A stretch of 64,000 bases of DNA. Origin: Methanosarcinales archaeon (GTDB lineage: Archaea; Halobacteriota; UBA148; JAUWXC01). Below are positions 19,981 through 28,832 of the stretch, in pieces. The stretch's first letter is position 1, and each line of letters opens with the position of its first letter. The stretch covers positions 33,685-97,684 of the forward strand of contig CP061209.1 in the NCBI GenBank assembly GCA_026016205.1, written 5' to 3'. The notes below the pieces were generated by a model. That model worked only from the letters and a program-made list of their open reading frames with translations. It was not told where the DNA came from and searched no databases. Made by a program: the position numbers and the translations under genes.

Positions 19981-21252
19981 TCAGATCACATTGGGTTCTG
20001 GAATTGGTAGAATGAATTTCCCACCTCTTTTCATATATTCACTCTCTTTTTGTAAAATCTCATCGGCATAGTTCCAAGCCAAGAGGAGAGAGTAATCGGG
20101 GGGGTCTTCATGAAACTTTTCCTCAGGAAATACAGGAATGTGCATACCTGGTGTGTAGCGCCCTTGCTTGAAAGGTGTTGTATCACTAATATAGTCCAAA
20201 ATATCTGTGCCAATTTTGCAGTAGTTTAATAAAGTATTTCCCTTAGCTGTAGCTCCATAACCTGTTATTCTAGCTCCTTCCTTTTTCAGTATTTTCAAGA
20301 TACATACTAACTTTTCTTTCACTAAAGCCACTTTTTCAGCAAATTCCAGATACGTCTTAAGAGAGCAGAGTCCAGATTTACGTTCTCTAAACAGCAACTC
20401 TGTTACAGCTGGAGACTGTTGCTTCGCTGATTTTTGTACAAATATGCGAATTGATCCCCCATGAACAGGGATCTGTTTTAAATCTACAATCTCCATACCA
20501 AATTTTCGAAACAGGTAAACCAAAGGATGAAGGGCAAAATAAGAGAGATGTTCATGGTATATTGTATCGAACTCTGTATTGTTTAATAAATTTAGGAGAT
20601 AGGGAACCTCAATAATAAAAACCCCGTTTTTCGAAAGTAAATGATTTATACCGTGTAAGAAGCTTTCCAAGTTGTCTACATGGGCGAAAACGTTGGTCGC
20701 CAGAATAACGTTCGCATGACCATATTTTTCGCAAATCTTCATAGCACATTCCTCGCTGAAAAAGTCATTTATAGCCTGAATGCCGTTTGCCTCTGCCAAT
20801 TTTGCAATATTAGAGGCAGGCTCGATACCTAATGTCTGCAAACCGACCTTTGAAAAGCACTGGAGCAAGGTTCCATCATTGCTCCCGATGTCTACTACCA
20901 AACTGTTTTTGTTTGGTCTGAAATTCTGGATTACATCTTTTGCGAGTCCAGCAAAATGAGTCTGCATCGGTTTAGAAGCGCCAGTTAAATATGTATATTT
21001 TTCGAACATGACTTTAGGGGAGACTACATCTAAGAGTTGAACGAGGTAACAATTACTACAAAAGTACATGTCGAGTGGGTAAACATATTCAATATCATCC
21101 AATTGATTTCGCTTTAAAAATCTATTAGGTAGGGGCATATTGCCCAGTGAGAGAAATTTATGCAGATTTTTGCATCCACAGACTCGGCATTTATTATTGG
21201 ATACAAAATCGCCAAGTTTTGTTTTGCTATTATCGGGGTTTATTCCAGCCAT
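19981..21252 (-). CDS. NDP-hexose C-methyltransferase family protein (TylCIII-like) with an N-terminal zinc ribbon
   Basis: 'CRVCGC...' and 'CSNCYLVQL' form a Cys4 N-terminal domain. 'VVDIGSNDGTLLQCF' is the SAM-binding motif. 'ATNVFAHVDNLESFLHGINHLLSKNGVFIIEVPY' and the C-terminal 'GYGATAKGNTLLNYC' are as in sugar C3/C5-methyltransferases. Confidence 0.7.
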   Translation of the reverse strand: MAGINPDNSKTKLGDFVSNNKCRVCGCKNLHKFLSLGNMPLPNRFLKRNQLDDIEYVYPLDMYFCSNCYLVQLLDVVSPKVMFEKYTYLTGASKPMQTHFAGLAKDVIQNFRPNKNSLVVDIGSNDGTLLQCFSKVGLQTLGIEPASNIAKLAEANGIQAINDFFSEECAMKICEKYGHANVILATNVFAHVDNLESFLHGINHLLSKNGVFIIEVPYLLNLLNNTEFDTIYHEHLSYFALHPLVYLFRKFGMEIVDLKQIPVHGGSIRIFVQKSAKQQSPAVTELLFRERKSGLCSLKTYLEFAEKVALVKEKLVCILKILKKEGARITGYGATAKGNTLLNYCKIGTDILDYISDTTPFKQGRYTPGMHIPVFPEEKFHEDPPDYSLLLAWNYADEILQKESEYMKRGGKFILPIPEPNVI

Positions 21253-21715
21253 ATGGTTCACCACTTCTTGGATCAATTATTGAAGAATCATCCCACAGCC
21301 TTCTTTCTTCGTCAGGATCTTCATAATCGTAAAGCTTTGTTACTAGGTAAAGGACTAAAGAAGGCTCGTTTCCTATGCATTTTGCCCCATGCCAGTAAAA
21401 ACCAGGAATTCTAACAATTTGCGGTTTTTCGCTAGTTATAACAATTTCGTCTAATTGCCCTTTTGTTTCAGAAGTCTTCCTATCATCATATGCACAAACC
21501 ATAACAGCCCCTTTTACAACACAGATATAGTCAACTTGACCTCTTGAATGGCGATGCCATGCCCTGATTATTCCAGGATAGCTCATTGAAAGATTTACTT
21601 GCGCAATATTATCTCCTTTAAGAAAGTCGCCCCAATCTACTCTGAACAGTTCTGCAAAAAACCCCCGTTCATCAGGAATCTTTTTTATATCGTAAACTTT
21701 CACTCCTGGTAACAT
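21230..21715 (-). CDS. dTDP-4-dehydrorhamnose 3,5-epimerase-like cupin (RmlC family)
   Basis: 'DERGFFAELFR' and 'QVNLSMSYPGIIRAWHRH' carry the RmlC-type His. The protein is a short cupin of 161 aa. Confidence 0.7.
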   Translation of the reverse strand: MLPGVKVYDIKKIPDERGFFAELFRVDWGDFLKGDNIAQVNLSMSYPGIIRAWHRHSRGQVDYICVVKGAVMVCAYDDRKTSETKGQLDEIVITSEKPQIVRIPGFYWHGAKCIGNEPSLVLYLVTKLYDYEDPDEERRLWDDSSIIDPRSGEPYGWNKPR

Positions 21716-21731
21716 GAGGATACACCTTCTT

Positions 21732-22592
21732 TTACCCGATAATTTTGTAATACCCTTTCTCTCTCAAGTAATCTGCTAAAGCATCTTCCCAACTTCTCAT
21801 TCTGAGCCCAAAGTTATTTAATTTTGTACTTTCAAGCGCAGAGAACTTCGGTCTTCTCGCTTTTCTGTTAAGCTCATCAGATTTTATCGGCAAAAGTTTT
21901 GCATCGATATCTAAGAATTCAAAAATTTTTTTGGCAAATTCAAACCAACTACAGTACCCTTGATTAGTGACATGATAGATACCATATGGAAGTTCTCTCT
22001 CAATTATATTTTTTATTATATTGGCAGCGTCTTTTGTATAAGTTGGAGACATTACAACATCGTCTACTACTTTAATTATTTCATTATTACTCGCTTTCTT
22101 AATCATCCACTCAACGAAATTTCCACCCTTTCCTCTTGCACCCTTACTCCCAAAGAGACTCGCAGATCGGATAATATAGAATCTCCTGCAATAGTTTCTT
22201 GTAAGGATTTCCCCTGCATATTTACTTAATCCGTAAATGTTAATCGGATTTATATTGTCATTTTCATGATAAGGTTCTTCCTTTTCCCCATCGAATATAA
22301 AATCCGTGCTTATATAAACATTTTTCATTCGTTTTTCATTGCATACCAATGCCACATTTCTCGCCCCGATTGCATTTACCATAAAAGCCTCCTCCGGATG
22401 ATCTTCGCTATCATCCACTCTTACATACGCAGCACAATTTATCACGGCATCAACACCTTTTAAAACTCTTCTACAACTAGTAATATCTTTTACCTCTATC
22501 TCATCATGTGAGAGGGGTAAAGCTTCCTCTCCAAATACATCTAAAATATCACTCCCAAGCTGACCAGTTGACCCAATAATAGCCACTTTCAT
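21732..22592 (-). CDS. rfbD: dTDP-4-dehydrorhamnose reductase
   Basis: 'MKVAIIGSTGQLGSD', 'NCAAYVRVDDSE', 'YGLSKYAGE' (YxxxK) and 'SPTYTKDAA' are present, as in RmlD. Confidence 0.8.
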   Translation of the reverse strand: MKVAIIGSTGQLGSDILDVFGEEALPLSHDEIEVKDITSCRRVLKGVDAVINCAAYVRVDDSEDHPEEAFMVNAIGARNVALVCNEKRMKNVYISTDFIFDGEKEEPYHENDNINPINIYGLSKYAGEILTRNYCRRFYIIRSASLFGSKGARGKGGNFVEWMIKKASNNEIIKVVDDVVMSPTYTKDAANIIKNIIERELPYGIYHVTNQGYCSWFEFAKKIFEFLDIDAKLLPIKSDELNRKARRPKFSALESTKLNNFGLRMRSWEDALADYLREKGYYKIIG

Positions 22593-22629
22593 TTTTAACC
22601 CTAATTTTTATGAGTTTGTTTTGACTCTA

Positions 22630-23694
22630 TTATAATTCTACCTGAGAACTATCTCCAATGACAAGTCTATGACCCTTTGGTAATTGGTCACGATCTGAGA
22701 TCTTTACTTCCTTCCCAATTAAGCTATCAACGATCTTCTTATTACAATTAATCTTTGTACCGTCCATTATAATGGAGGATTCTATCTCGCCATTTATGAC
22801 TTCACAATTGTCTCCTATGCTTGTATATGGGCCGATATAAGTATTTGGGCCTATCTTACAACTTTTTCCTATTATAACTGGGCCTTTAATCACAGATCCA
22901 CTTTTTATAACTGTATTCTCCCCAATACTAACCCTTCCCTTGATTATTACCTTATCTTCCAGAACTCCCCTATTATATGGCTCTAGTTCATCCAAAACGA
23001 GTTGATTTGCTTCTATAATATCTTCTGGTTTTCCAGTATCCTTCCACCATCCAGTAACTATTTCTGAATTCACTTTAAGATTATTATCAATCAAATACTG
23101 TATAGCATCTGTTATCTCAAGCTCATCTCTCCAAGAGGGTTTTATGTTTTTAACAGCTTCAAATATCGGAGGTCTGAACATATATATCCCAACTAAAACA
23201 AGATCAGAAGGCGGTTTTTTGGGCTTTTCTATTAATCTTTTAATAGAGCCATCTTCATTAAGCTCTGCACATCCAAACAGGCCTGGATTCTCATAGTGAG
23301 TTAAAAGTATGCTGGCGTCCATATCGCCTTTTTCGAAGCGTTTAACATGTCGTATTATTCCACCTTTTATTATGTTATCACCCAAGTACACAACGAATGG
23401 CTTATCGCCTATAAAATCCTCAGAGATTTTTACAGCATGTGCAATACCTAATGGTGCTTCTTGTTCTATGAAAGATATCTCTGCATCAAAATAGGCATTA
23501 TTTACAGCTTCCACGACCCTATCTTTATTTGGTCCAACTATGATACCAATGTCTTTTATTCCGGCTTCTATAACGTCTTCTATTGCATAGAACAGAATTG
23601 GTTTGTTTGCAACCGGTATCAATTGCTTTTGCTGCGAATATGTGATTGGGCGAAGTCTTACTCCATGCCCCCCTGATAGTATTAGTCCCTTCAT
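22630..23694 (-). CDS. Glucose-1-phosphate thymidylyltransferase-like nucleotidyltransferase (long form with a left-handed beta-helix C-terminus)
   Basis: 'MKGLILSGGHGVRLRPITYSQQKQLIPVANKP' is the G-x-G-x-R-L signature. The C-terminal hexapeptide repeats read 'IGENTVIKSGSVIKGPVIIGKSCKIGPNTYIGPYTSIGDNCEV'. Confidence 0.8.
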   Translation of the reverse strand: MKGLILSGGHGVRLRPITYSQQKQLIPVANKPILFYAIEDVIEAGIKDIGIIVGPNKDRVVEAVNNAYFDAEISFIEQEAPLGIAHAVKISEDFIGDKPFVVYLGDNIIKGGIIRHVKRFEKGDMDASILLTHYENPGLFGCAELNEDGSIKRLIEKPKKPPSDLVLVGIYMFRPPIFEAVKNIKPSWRDELEITDAIQYLIDNNLKVNSEIVTGWWKDTGKPEDIIEANQLVLDELEPYNRGVLEDKVIIKGRVSIGENTVIKSGSVIKGPVIIGKSCKIGPNTYIGPYTSIGDNCEVINGEIESSIIMDGTKINCNKKIVDSLIGKEVKISDRDQLPKGHRLVIGDSSQVEL

Positions 23695-23724
23695 AGAGAT
23701 CACTTTAATTCTTGATGCTATTCT

Positions 23725-24249
23725 TTAAAAATATTTTCCCTCTCCATTTTCCAACACCCAAACTATGTGAGGCTTCAAATTACCACCTAAAAAGTGCTCT
23801 GCAAATTCAGGCCTCAAATTCACTATCTTTTCAAGCAAGCCACACCACTTGTTCTTGAGTATTATTCGCCTGCTGATAATCTTAAATCTTGCCTTGCTGT
23901 AGTAACTAAATCCAGAATTTACCGTGAAATAGTTCATCGTTGCGATTGTGAAGAAATTCTTATGCGTTGGGTCTCTAAAAGCATCCAATCCCTTAACATG
24001 TGGCACTTCAATTATCACTCTCCCTCCCCATTTTAATACACGATTAATTTCTTCCATCGCCTTAATTAAATCGTCAACGTGTTCTAAGAGTTGATAACAC
24101 AGAATTTTGTCTACACTTTGGTCTTTGAATGGCAAATACTGTATATCAGCAATAACATCTGCTCCTTTTGTTCTTCTGATGTCCACACCTACGGAATTTG
24201 GTATTTTTCCCGGTCCGCAGCCGATGTCAAGGGTTATCATTTCAATCAT
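23725..24249 (-). CDS. Class I SAM-dependent methyltransferase
   Basis: 'LDIGCGPGKIPNSVGVD' and 'LLEHVDDLIKAMEEINRVLKWGGRVIIEVPH' are present. It is a paralogue of the 15186-15722 product, with a similar motif layout. Confidence 0.75.
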   Translation of the reverse strand: MIEMITLDIGCGPGKIPNSVGVDIRRTKGADVIADIQYLPFKDQSVDKILCYQLLEHVDDLIKAMEEINRVLKWGGRVIIEVPHVKGLDAFRDPTHKNFFTIATMNYFTVNSGFSYYSKARFKIISRRIILKNKWCGLLEKIVNLRPEFAEHFLGGNLKPHIVWVLENGEGKYF

Positions 24250-25306
24250 TTATGACATCCCACCACTTCTTTGCAATCACTTCAACATCATATCGACTTA
24301 CTGCCTTCTCACGACCTTTCCCCCCCATCTTTTTCCTTAATTTTCCATCATTGACGAGAACTTTTAATTTATTTAATAAAATATTTTTATCTTTCCGTGG
24401 CATGATAAATCCATCCACCCCATCATTTATTATATCTCTAGGACCAACACTGTCAACTGAAATAACTGGTAAGCCGCAGGCCATAGCCTCGATCAATACT
24501 ATCCCAAACAACTCTCTTGAAGGAAGTACAAAGATGTCTGCCTTGCTATATATCTTCGCAAGTTCTTCTCTATCACTAATAAACCCAAAATGCTTCACTG
24601 GATATTTTCTCTCCATTTCCTCAACATTTTTAGCCAGTTTGCCTTTGCCAACAAACCAGAACTCAACTTCTCTTGGATCAAAATTTTTTGCTATATCCAG
24701 CAAATCCAACACACCCTTTGACTCAACCATGTATCCAACAAATAGTATCTTTACTCGTTCATCCTCATCAACTTCATTAAGTGTCGGTTTAAAGATTCTT
24801 GTATCAACTGGATGTGGTATGTGGTATCCTTTTGCACCGAGTCGCTCAACTTCTTCGTTTGCACGTTTTGTCACTGAAATAGCTTTTACCCCATCCAAAA
24901 ATCGCTCCCACATAGTTATTTGATTGGAAAAATACGGTTTTTTTACATACTTTTCCCCATTCCAATATGGCCATGAATTGTGGTAGATTATGTTGTTGTG
25001 TTTTTTTAGATGTAATAAATATGGTATGCTCATACTATATGGTGCAACGCCCACAATGATATTTAGATCTGAGCATAGTGGTAGGTTAATTATACCATGT
25101 ACATATCTCAACGCATCTAGTGAGTTCTTGATAAATGTCTTATGTACGATTCCTTCACCAACATGACGTGGGACGGAATATAGAATTCGATTTATATTGT
25201 TTATGTATCCTTTTTCTTTTAAATGATATACTGGATCGTCATGTCTTCTAGTACCACATTGCCGTAATATAGTAATGTCCACCATTTTTACAGTCCTCTT
25301 AATCAT
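24242..25306 (-). CDS. GT4-family glycosyltransferase
   Basis: 'FVGYMVESKGVLDLLDIA' and 'PSRELFGIVLIEAMACGLPVISVDSVGPRDIINDGVDGFI' are present. Confidence 0.8.
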   Translation of the reverse strand: MIKRTVKMVDITILRQCGTRRHDDPVYHLKEKGYINNINRILYSVPRHVGEGIVHKTFIKNSLDALRYVHGIINLPLCSDLNIIVGVAPYSMSIPYLLHLKKHNNIIYHNSWPYWNGEKYVKKPYFSNQITMWERFLDGVKAISVTKRANEEVERLGAKGYHIPHPVDTRIFKPTLNEVDEDERVKILFVGYMVESKGVLDLLDIAKNFDPREVEFWFVGKGKLAKNVEEMERKYPVKHFGFISDREELAKIYSKADIFVLPSRELFGIVLIEAMACGLPVISVDSVGPRDIINDGVDGFIMPRKDKNILLNKLKVLVNDGKLRKKMGGKGREKAVSRYDVEVIAKKWWDVIND

Positions 25307-25310
25307 CTAC

Positions 25311-26747
25311 CTACGGTTTCACTTTAAAAATTCCCTTAAACATATTTATATCCTCTTTGGATAGGCTTCCAACTAGATAGATTATAGAAAAATAGACCAT
25401 GGCTGCTAAAATGACTACTAATATCACATTGAAGTCTCTTAACATGTAAACACAGCCCCCCATCAATAAGGCGGCAACTATAGGTTTCTTGCAAATTCTA
25501 TATAATGGTAATGTGCCAACTGGTATCGAAACGGAATTGAAATAAAAAAGAAACATAATGCCTTCTGTGACGACCGTTGCAATACTTGCTCCAATTAGAC
25601 TTAGGTACGGTATCAAAATGATATTCAATGCAATGTTAACCCCTGCTCCAATTGTAGCCACTTTCGCCATTACTATTTGTTTTTCAATAGCACCTAAGAC
25701 TGTCTTAAAGACAGCATTAAAGGAGAGGATTAAGAAAGCCCATATCAGTATCTGAAGAGCAAGTATGGAGTTTGAGAACTCAATCGTGTAGATACCCCAG
25801 ATGATTTTGTCTGCCAGAAGGGTTGTACCTATTGTGATTGGTAACACTAGAATGAATAGATACTTGAACGATTTTTCATATGCGGTATATAATGCCGTTT
25901 TCGAGGTTTTGAAGAACACGGATACCACCGGGAATACAGAAGTCATGAAGGCCGCTGGGATGAAGACCAGTGCAGCAATTAAGCTATATGAAGCATTGTA
26001 CCATCCTGTAACCGCATCCCCCTTCATCATAGAGAGCATGACAACGTCTATGTAAAAATAAATCGGAGCAAAAATACCGTAAATCCAGAATGGAATAGAT
26101 TGCTTCAATAAACTTTTCCAGAAATCGATATCTATTTCGAATTTTGGTCGAGGAAATTTCTTGTAAATGATTAAAATGCAACAAAATACACTAAAAACGC
26201 TCCCCACTAAGAACGCAGAAACCACTTCAATCAAACCATAGCCTGCAAGCAAGACAGAGATGCCCAAGGAAACAACTACCACTTTTTCAATGATGCGCAC
26301 AAATGCGTTGTATTCCATTTTTTCGAAAGCATTAAATAAAAATTTGAAGGAGTTGGAAAATGCACCCAGCGTTAAACTGAGGCCAATGACATATACTGCT
26401 AAGGTCGTTATTGGTGGATAAGACATTATATTAATCATAATGAAAATTAATCCAAACATCAATATGGACAAAATCAGTTTGATTGGAATGAGGTTACCCA
26501 AGTACTTGCTGGCTTTTGATTTATCTCTGGCAACATCCCGTACCGCTAACGTCCCAAGCCCAAGATCACCCATAATAAGGAACAGGCTGCAAAAAGCGAA
26601 TGCGAAAGAGTACCTGCCAAAACCAACATCACCTAGATATCTCGCGATGTAAACGACGAGCATCAAGGATAGAACCCTAGTGATGATATCGGCAAGAGTT
26701 AGTACTAATGTGTTCTTTGCAATCCTTCTTACAGTGCTCAATGTCAT
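25311..26747 (-). CDS. Wzx-like oligosaccharide flippase (MOP / polysaccharide biosynthesis protein family)
   Basis: 478 aa with about 12-14 hydrophobic helices. The N-terminal 'RIAKNTLVLTLADIITRVLSLMLVVYIARYLG...GFGRYSFAF' is characteristic of the Wzx/RfbX family. Confidence 0.75.
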   Translation of the reverse strand: MTLSTVRRIAKNTLVLTLADIITRVLSLMLVVYIARYLGDVGFGRYSFAFAFCSLFLIMGDLGLGTLAVRDVARDKSKASKYLGNLIPIKLILSILMFGLIFIMINIMSYPPITTLAVYVIGLSLTLGAFSNSFKFLFNAFEKMEYNAFVRIIEKVVVVSLGISVLLAGYGLIEVVSAFLVGSVFSVFCCILIIYKKFPRPKFEIDIDFWKSLLKQSIPFWIYGIFAPIYFYIDVVMLSMMKGDAVTGWYNASYSLIAALVFIPAAFMTSVFPVVSVFFKTSKTALYTAYEKSFKYLFILVLPITIGTTLLADKIIWGIYTIEFSNSILALQILIWAFLILSFNAVFKTVLGAIEKQIVMAKVATIGAGVNIALNIILIPYLSLIGASIATVVTEGIMFLFYFNSVSIPVGTLPLYRICKKPIVAALLMGGCVYMLRDFNVILVVILAAMVYFSIIYLVGSLSKEDINMFKGIFKVKP

Positions 26748-26779
26748 TCACCACGATCCGACAATTTTTGGGGAAAGAT

Positions 26780-27889
26780 TTACTGCTCCACTAGTCCCTT
26801 GCTTACGAGCTCCCTATGTGCCTCTTCAAACCTATCAACAGCCTCTTGGGATTCGCCCCATTCGACCAACTCTTTCATACCCTGCTCAAAACTGATTTGG
26901 GGTTTAAATCCTAACTTTTTAATCTTGGATACATCAGCATAACAGTGTCGTATGTCTCCAGAACGATACTTGTTGACTATTTCTGGCTTTAGTGCTTTGC
27001 CATATAATCTAATCAAGGTGTCGGCGATGCTCAATATAGATATCGGAGATCCTGTCCCAACATTAAACGACCCATAATTCATCCTAGAATTCTCCATGGC
27101 GAGTAGATTCGCTTGAGCTATGTCCTTCACGCTGACAAAATCCCTCGTTTGTAAACCATCTTCAAAGATTAATGGAGGTTTATCGTTTTTGATTCTAGAA
27201 GAAAAGATGGCACACACTCCGGTGTAAGGATTTGACAAACTCTGTCTAGGTCCATAGACATTGAAATATCGTAGCGCAACTGTTGGAATTCCATATGTTC
27301 GTCCTGTCAATAGACACATTTCTTCCTGATCTTTTTTGGTGATGGCGTAGATCGATGTCGGCTGCAGGGGCTTGTTTTCATCAGTAGACACTGGTCTTAC
27401 GATTTTTCCACAGTTTGGACATATCATCTCCCATTCTCTGTTTTTTAGTTGTTCTTCTGGTCTTAACTTTGGATAAACGATGCCACAATCCTCGCATTCA
27501 TATTTGCCCTCGCCGTAGATGCTCATGGATGATGCCACGATTAACTTTTTTACATCATGCTCCTCGTTAGCTAAAATATCCAATAATTTTGCAGTTCCTA
27601 ATGTGTTCACGTCGACATATTTCTCAATCTGATACATCGATTGTCCGACGCCAACCATGGCTGCCTGATGAAAGATTACATCCGCATCTTCTACAACTTC
27701 TTTGAGATTGTTCCTGTCTCTAATATCCCCCCTAACGAAATCTGCACTTTGATTCAAGTAATCCGGCTGTTTTGCATGAACCTGTGGCTCGAGGTAATCG
27801 TACATCGTTACATCATGATCTTTTTCTATAAGGGCGTCGACTAGATGTGAGCCTATGAATCCTACGCCGCCGGTTACTAATATCTTCAT
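26780..27889 (-). CDS. NAD-dependent sugar epimerase/dehydratase (extended SDR) with an inserted zinc ribbon
   Basis: Start taken at MKILVTGGVGFIGSHLV. The YxxxK motif is at 'SIYAITK'. Between the Ser strand ('ASSMSIYG') and YxxxK lies 'KYECEDCGIVYPKLRPEEQLKNREWEMICPNCGKIV' (CxxC...CxxC). Confidence 0.8.
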   Translation of the reverse strand: MKILVTGGVGFIGSHLVDALIEKDHDVTMYDYLEPQVHAKQPDYLNQSADFVRGDIRDRNNLKEVVEDADVIFHQAAMVGVGQSMYQIEKYVDVNTLGTAKLLDILANEEHDVKKLIVASSMSIYGEGKYECEDCGIVYPKLRPEEQLKNREWEMICPNCGKIVRPVSTDENKPLQPTSIYAITKKDQEEMCLLTGRTYGIPTVALRYFNVYGPRQSLSNPYTGVCAIFSSRIKNDKPPLIFEDGLQTRDFVSVKDIAQANLLAMENSRMNYGSFNVGTGSPISILSIADTLIRLYGKALKPEIVNKYRSGDIRHCYADVSKIKKLGFKPQISFEQGMKELVEWGESQEAVDRFEEAHRELVSKGLVEQ

Positions 27890-27970
27890 TTTATTATCTC
27901 TCCAAACCACTCTATCGTCTTATTCAAGCCTGCGCCTAAATTAACCTTTGGCTCCCAATTCAAAATCTCT
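27886..27970 (-). pseudogene. 3'-terminal remnant of an SDR (UXS-like) gene
   Basis: The reverse-strand frame reads ...[31 protein letters not shown]. Compare the intact UXS C-terminus [21 protein letters not shown] at 29668. The remnant stop overlaps the ATG of the downstream SDR gene (ATGA). There is no upstream body: an in-frame stop lies about 45 codons up. Confidence 0.7.
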
Positions 27971-28040
27971 CCGTTTTCTCCAGAATTTATTGTTACTTCG
28001 TAGAAAATTTTATAAGCATAATACCTTAATATGGTATAAT

Positions 28041-28832
28041 GTGAGCAAAAATATCTATTTAAGCAAACAAGAACAGATGATATTCAACGTGATATCGTCC
28101 ATTGACATAGTTCATACTGACGATATTGGTGGGCTTTTTCCAAATTTAAAACTCCATCAAATAAACAAAATTTGCTCCAACCTCTCTTCAAAAGGCTATC
28201 TTTACAGGCTGAAAAAGGGAGTCTACCTGATTCAAAAGAAGCCATCCACTGTTCCTGTAATAAAAAATCCTTACAACATTGCTTTAGCATTATTTAACGG
28301 TTATATCGGTTTTTCTTCGGCACTTAGGATTTATGATCTCTTAGATTATGAACCCTTCACTATATTCATCGTAACCCCAAACAAATCCATGGAGAAAAGG
28401 ATAGGAGAGTACACGTTCAAATCGGTGGCGATGGGCAAGAAAGCCACAGGAATAACATTCTACAAAGGCATTTATATTTCCACTTTAGAGAAGACATTCT
28501 TTGATTGCTTTTATAAACCGCAGTATGGAGGAGGTTATTCGACGATAACCAAAGCGTTATATGATGCAGATCTGGATTGGGACGAATTTACAAAATATTT
28601 TAAACTCGCATCCGACTCTTTGTGCCAGAGAACCGGATACGTTTTGGAGCTGTTAAGGAAAGAGACCGGCAAAAAACCTTCAAAAGATGTTTTACATTAC
28701 TTCAGAAAAAGGGTTAAAAACAACACAAAATTATTGCCCTCTGGACAGGCAAGAGGAGAATACATAAAAGAATGGATGGTATTGGACAACCTTGGAAAAG
28801 AAAACATATTATCATGGTGGTATCATGGCTGA
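28041..28832 (+). CDS. abiEi: AbiEi-family antitoxin / transcriptional regulator (type IV TA)
   Basis: 'LSKQEQMIFNVISS...IVHTDDI' and 'LSSKGYLYRLKKGVYLI' form an N-terminal wHTH. 'ALALFNGYIGFSSALRIYDL' is as in COG5340/AbiEi proteins. It is paired with a downstream AbiEii gene with an 8-nt overlap. The GTG start at 28041 was chosen because the upstream part of the ORF covers the SDR remnant. Confidence 0.7.
   Translation: MSKNIYLSKQEQMIFNVISSIDIVHTDDIGGLFPNLKLHQINKICSNLSSKGYLYRLKKGVYLIQKKPSTVPVIKNPYNIALALFNGYIGFSSALRIYDLLDYEPFTIFIVTPNKSMEKRIGEYTFKSVAMGKKATGITFYKGIYISTLEKTFFDCFYKPQYGGGYSTITKALYDADLDWDEFTKYFKLASDSLCQRTGYVLELLRKETGKKPSKDVLHYFRKRVKNNTKLLPSGQARGEYIKEWMVLDNLGKENILSWWYHG

Noticed and set aside
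24198-24923. 241-aa + strand ORF
   Set aside because: It is low-complexity and Ser/Phe/Leu/Pro-rich, and it is fully antisense to a well-supported GT4 gene (24242-25306). It is a shadow ORF.
27948-28040. N-terminal 31 codons of the 27948-28832 ORF
   Set aside because: This part is the antisense strand of the SDR 3' remnant. The AbiEi-like sequence begins near the GTG at 28041, so the upstream extension was dropped.
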